A stretch of DNA of 64,000 bases, taken from NCBI GenBank assembly GCA_963826115.1, contig CAWGVS010000012.1, forward strand, positions 608,001 to 672,000. Direction: 5' to 3'. Below the pieces are notes generated by a model that saw only the letters and a list, made by a program, of their open reading frames with translations, made no database searches and had not been told where the DNA came from. The translations under genes and the position numbers were made by a program. Source of the stretch: an uncultured Candidatus Rokubacteria bacterium (lineage in GTDB: Bacteria; Methylomirabilota; Methylomirabilia; Rokubacteriales; DASRDR01). This document shows positions 60,776 to 64,000 of this stretch, one piece after another (position 1 is the first letter of the stretch; the number at the start of each line of letters is the position of its first letter).

Positions 60776-62187
60776 ACGCGCGGCCAGCGGCCGGGGACGC
60801 CGAGGCCGAGCCGCTCGGCCAGGCGCCCGACGGACGCCCGCGCCTCCCGGAGGACCTCGCCCTCGCTGACCCGCGTCGAGCGGCCGCCTTCCAGCACGAT
60901 GCGGCCGTTCACCAGCACCGTGTCGGCGCTGGGCCCGCGCCCGACGGTGACGAGCTGGTGCGCGGGGTCGACGCCGGGGCCGAGCTCGATCGCGTCCCGC
61001 TGACGCACGACCAGGTCGGCGCGCTTCCCCGGTTCGAGGCTTCCGACGAGGTGGTCGAGCCCCGCCGCCCGCGCGGCGCCGCGCGTCGCCATCTCGACCG
61101 CGTCCTCCGGGAGGATCGGCTGACCGGCCTCGGCCATGAGGTGGAGCGCCAGGAACGGCGCGTCCCCGACGGCGCTCTGGCGGGCGGAGTCCGTGCCGAG
61201 GCCGACCGGCACGCCCCGGCGGCGCATCTCGGGGATGCGCGTCGGGAGCCGGTGCGGCGTCCCCTTCTGGAGGTAGGCGAGCGGACACCAGACGATCGAC
61301 AGTCCCGCGTCGAGGATCGGCGCGACGTCGCCATCGCGGATCACGTTCATGTGAACGAAGGTCGCGTTCGGTCCGAGGACGCCGAGCGCGGCGAGGTAGG
61401 CGAACCGGGGCTGCCCCCACCGCGCCTCCATCGCCGCCGCGAGGTCGAGGTCGTAGCCGAGGTGGGAGTTCAGGATCACGCCCTCCTGGTCGGCGAGCGC
61501 CTTGGCCGCACGAAAGAGCTCGTCGGACGCGGTGCCCTCGCCGTACAGCGCGACGTGCCCGTGCACGGTGTCGTCGGGATCGCGGTTCCGGCCGAGCTGC
61601 CCCCCGAGGCCCGCGAGCGCCCGCTCGCGCGTCGGCGGGACCCGCGCGAAGAGGCTCGGGCTCTTCAACCCCGGGATCACGTCCATCAGCGCGGGGTCGT
61701 CCCAGAGATAGGGATCGGCGAGCGAGCACCGGACGCCGGTCGCCCGCGCGGCGTCGGCGACGGCATCGGGCTCGAAGGCGCTGCCCGGCTCGACGAACGC
61801 CGTGTACCCCTGGCGCAGGAGCTCGAGGCAGCCGAGCGCGGCGGCGGCCCGCTCGTCCTCGGGCCGGAGCGCCGCCTTCCAGTCGGCATAGTTCGGCCCC
61901 CGGCCGCCACCCTGGGTGCTGCTGTCGCCCTGGAAGAAGCCGCGGCAGGTCTGCGCGTTGATGTGGAGATGCGCGTCGATGAACCCAGGATGGACGATCG
62001 CGCCGCCGACGTCGAGCGTGCGCGGGGCCTGCCAGCTCGCGAGGACCTCGCTGTCCGGGCCGACCGCGACGATCGTGTGGCCCCGCACCGCGACGGCGCC
62101 CGACCGGTACACGGTGCGGTCGGCGTCGAGCGTCAGGACCTCGCCGCCCGCGACGATCAGGTCGCAGCGCGCCGGCGCGGCCCTCAC
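60772..62187 (-). CDS. Metal-dependent amidohydrolase/deaminase
   Basis: PGFIDAHLH, FVH, GLGTD and GSLEPGKRADLV. Confidence 0.9.
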   Translation of the reverse strand: MRAAPARCDLIVAGGEVLTLDADRTVYRSGAVAVRGHTIVAVGPDSEVLASWQAPRTLDVGGAIVHPGFIDAHLHINAQTCRGFFQGDSSTQGGGRGPNYADWKAALRPEDERAAAALGCLELLRQGYTAFVEPGSAFEPDAVADAARATGVRCSLADPYLWDDPALMDVIPGLKSPSLFARVPPTRERALAGLGGQLGRNRDPDDTVHGHVALYGEGTASDELFRAAKALADQEGVILNSHLGYDLDLAAAMEARWGQPRFAYLAALGVLGPNATFVHMNVIRDGDVAPILDAGLSIVWCPLAYLQKGTPHRLPTRIPEMRRRGVPVGLGTDSARQSAVGDAPFLALHLMAEAGQPILPEDAVEMATRGAARAAGLDHLVGSLEPGKRADLVVRQRDAIELGPGVDPAHQLVTVGRGPSADTVLVNGRIVLEGGRSTRVSEGEVLREARASVGRLAERLGLGVPGRWPRV

Positions 62188-62214
62188 CGCGGGCGGCCCG
62201 CGCGCCTGCCCGCG

Positions 62215-63342
62215 CTAGGTGTCATGGCCGGCCGGGGCGGCGCGCCGCCAGCGCTCGAGCACCGCGGGGTCGATCTCGACGCCCAGCCCGGGGCCCTCCG
62301 GCGGATAGGCGTAGCCGCCCTCGATGCGGAGCGGGCGCGTCAGGAGGTCCTCGGCGTGATAGAGGACGCCGCAGGTGTCGCTGTCGGGCCCGAGGTTCGT
62401 CATCGCCACGCCGAGGTGGATCTGCGCCGCCGTGCCGATGCCGAACTCCGGCATGCTGCCGATCATGCACGGCATGCCGGCCGCCTCGCAGAGCGCGAAG
62501 ATGCGCTGGGCGTTCCAGAGGCCCCCGGCCTCGGTGACGTACACGTTCGCGATGTCGGCGGCGCCGCGGCGAATGACCTCCATCGCGTCGCGCGGCGTCC
62601 GGACGCTCTCGTCCGCCATCAGCGGCACCCCGATCGCGCGGCGCACCTCGGCCATCTGGTCGAGCTCGCGCGGCGGGAGCGGCTGCTCGACCAGCTCGAG
62701 GTCCCAGGGCTCCATGGCGCGGATCAGCCGGATGGCCTCCTTCGCGGTCGGCCAGGCCATGTTGGCGTCGACGCGGAGCCGCACGGCGGGTCCGATCGCC
62801 TCCCGCACGCGCCGGACGGCCTCGAGGTCGCGCGCCGGGTCGCTCCCCACCTTCACCTTGATCGTCCGGTGGCCCTCCCGGACGCGCTCGCGCGCGAACT
62901 CGGCCATGGCCGCGGGCTCGCCGAAGGGCACGGAGTAGCTGAGCGGGATGCGCTCCCGCACCTTGCCGCCGAGGAGCGCGTAGACCGGCGCGTCGAGGGC
63001 CTTCCCCAGGACATCCCAGAGCGCCATCTCGATGCCGGCCTTCGCCTCCTCGACGCCGTCGAGGGCCTGATCCATCCGCTGGACGAGATAGGCGATGCGC
63101 CGGGGGTCCTCGCCGATCACGGCCGGGGCGAGCGCCGCCTCGACGTCCCGCGCGAGCAGCCGCCCGCGGCGCTTGAACACGGACGCGATCTCGCCGATGC
63201 CGGTGATGCCGGCGTCCGTGTCGACGAAGACGATCGCGTGCTCGGAGACGGCGGCGACCCCGAGCGCCGTGCGGGTCGCGGCGCCATAGGCGAGGCGGCG
63301 CGGACCCCAGACCACGACGGCTCGCACGCCGGTGATCTTCAT
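62215..63342 (-). CDS. Mandelate racemase/muconate lactonizing enzyme-family protein
   Basis: KVKVG, RVDAN, VEQP, ADES and GPGLG. Confidence 0.93.
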   Translation of the reverse strand: MKITGVRAVVVWGPRRLAYGAATRTALGVAAVSEHAIVFVDTDAGITGIGEIASVFKRRGRLLARDVEAALAPAVIGEDPRRIAYLVQRMDQALDGVEEAKAGIEMALWDVLGKALDAPVYALLGGKVRERIPLSYSVPFGEPAAMAEFARERVREGHRTIKVKVGSDPARDLEAVRRVREAIGPAVRLRVDANMAWPTAKEAIRLIRAMEPWDLELVEQPLPPRELDQMAEVRRAIGVPLMADESVRTPRDAMEVIRRGAADIANVYVTEAGGLWNAQRIFALCEAAGMPCMIGSMPEFGIGTAAQIHLGVAMTNLGPDSDTCGVLYHAEDLLTRPLRIEGGYAYPPEGPGLGVEIDPAVLERWRRAAPAGHDT

Positions 63343-63406
63343 CGGGTCGGAATGGGCGACGGAGAGAACGGGCGGAGCCGGCGTGGGGCGGGACGCGTGG
63401 CGCGCG

Positions 63407-63751
63407 TCAAACGCCTTCCTGGGCGGCGGTGTCGGCCACGCCGTCCTCGTCCAGCTCGGCCGGGTCGGGGTCCATCGCGTCCGGATATTTCACCGGGACG
63501 TTCTGGGCGACCCAGAGCTTCCAGTCGCTCCACGCGTGGTCGAGCTCGTGGAGGAACGCTCCGCGCTTCTCGGCCGGCGGCAGGCGACGGTCCACGACGA
63601 TCGTCCGGTTGTCGACGTCCCACTCGGCCGCGCGGTCGTCCTTGTCCGGGGGCGCCTGGACGACGGCGATCTCGTACCCGAAGGGCAACTCGACCTTCCG
63701 GGGGAGCCGGTAGATCGAGCCCTTGCCGGGGGTGGGCGTGGCGTCCGTCAT
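63407..63751 (-). CDS. Small HExxH-motif protein (metallopeptidase-like)
   Basis: TIVVDRRL...AFLHELDHA; start at ATG 63751 inferred. Confidence 0.7.
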   Translation of the reverse strand: MTDATPTPGKGSIYRLPRKVELPFGYEIAVVQAPPDKDDRAAEWDVDNRTIVVDRRLPPAEKRGAFLHELDHAWSDWKLWVAQNVPVKYPDAMDPDPAELDEDGVADTAAQEGV

Positions 63752-64000
63752 GACCGGCACGCGGAGGAGGGCCTCGTCCGGGTCGCAGCCATGCCCGCGA
63801 GGATACTGGCCCCCCCTGGCGAGGTCAAATGGCCGGGTGACGCCGCCGTCGACCGCGACTCGATAAATCATCGCAACATGCCGAATGGATTGACTTTTCA
63901 CTCATGGGTCTCGGATCCGGCCCGCGTGGTGAGCCCGGCGGGCGGGGCGCCACGACGACGAGGGGATCCGCGCCTACCCGCCAGGCCTCCCGCCCGGCCA

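Noticed and set aside
63927-63935. tggtgagcc match to the att core
   Set aside because: Only 9 bp, with no T-arm, hairpin or arm; likely chance.

Overview
High-GC bacterial chromosomal window; the gene content resembles Candidatus Rokubacteria/Methylomirabilota, which is an inference only. The left ~37 kb (2244-39576) is a tandem array anchored on an intact minus-strand tRNA-Lys(CTT) at 39501-39576. Nine additional copies of the 45-bp 3' half of that tRNA, each ending at the anticodon loop, divide the region into nine cargo cassettes of about 1.0-8.6 kb. Each copy carries a terminator-like hairpin on one side and one of three arm types on the other, and left and right arm types are shuffled at the core. 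The only integrase trace is a C-terminal tyrosine-recombinase remnant. Cargo includes AraC/oxidoreductase pairs, ABC components, an acyl-CoA ligase, a kinase plus PLP enzyme, a cyclase-AAA-TPR protein, a sensor kinase and many truncated gene scraps. A second integrase-less mini-island sits in the neighbouring tRNA-Arg(TCG). The right part looks like core genome: tRNA-Arg/Arg/His, surface-polysaccharide genes, a form I coxMSL CO-dehydrogenase operon with an IS1202-family element inserted just upstream of its promoter, and an amidohydrolase/ABC catabolic cluster.
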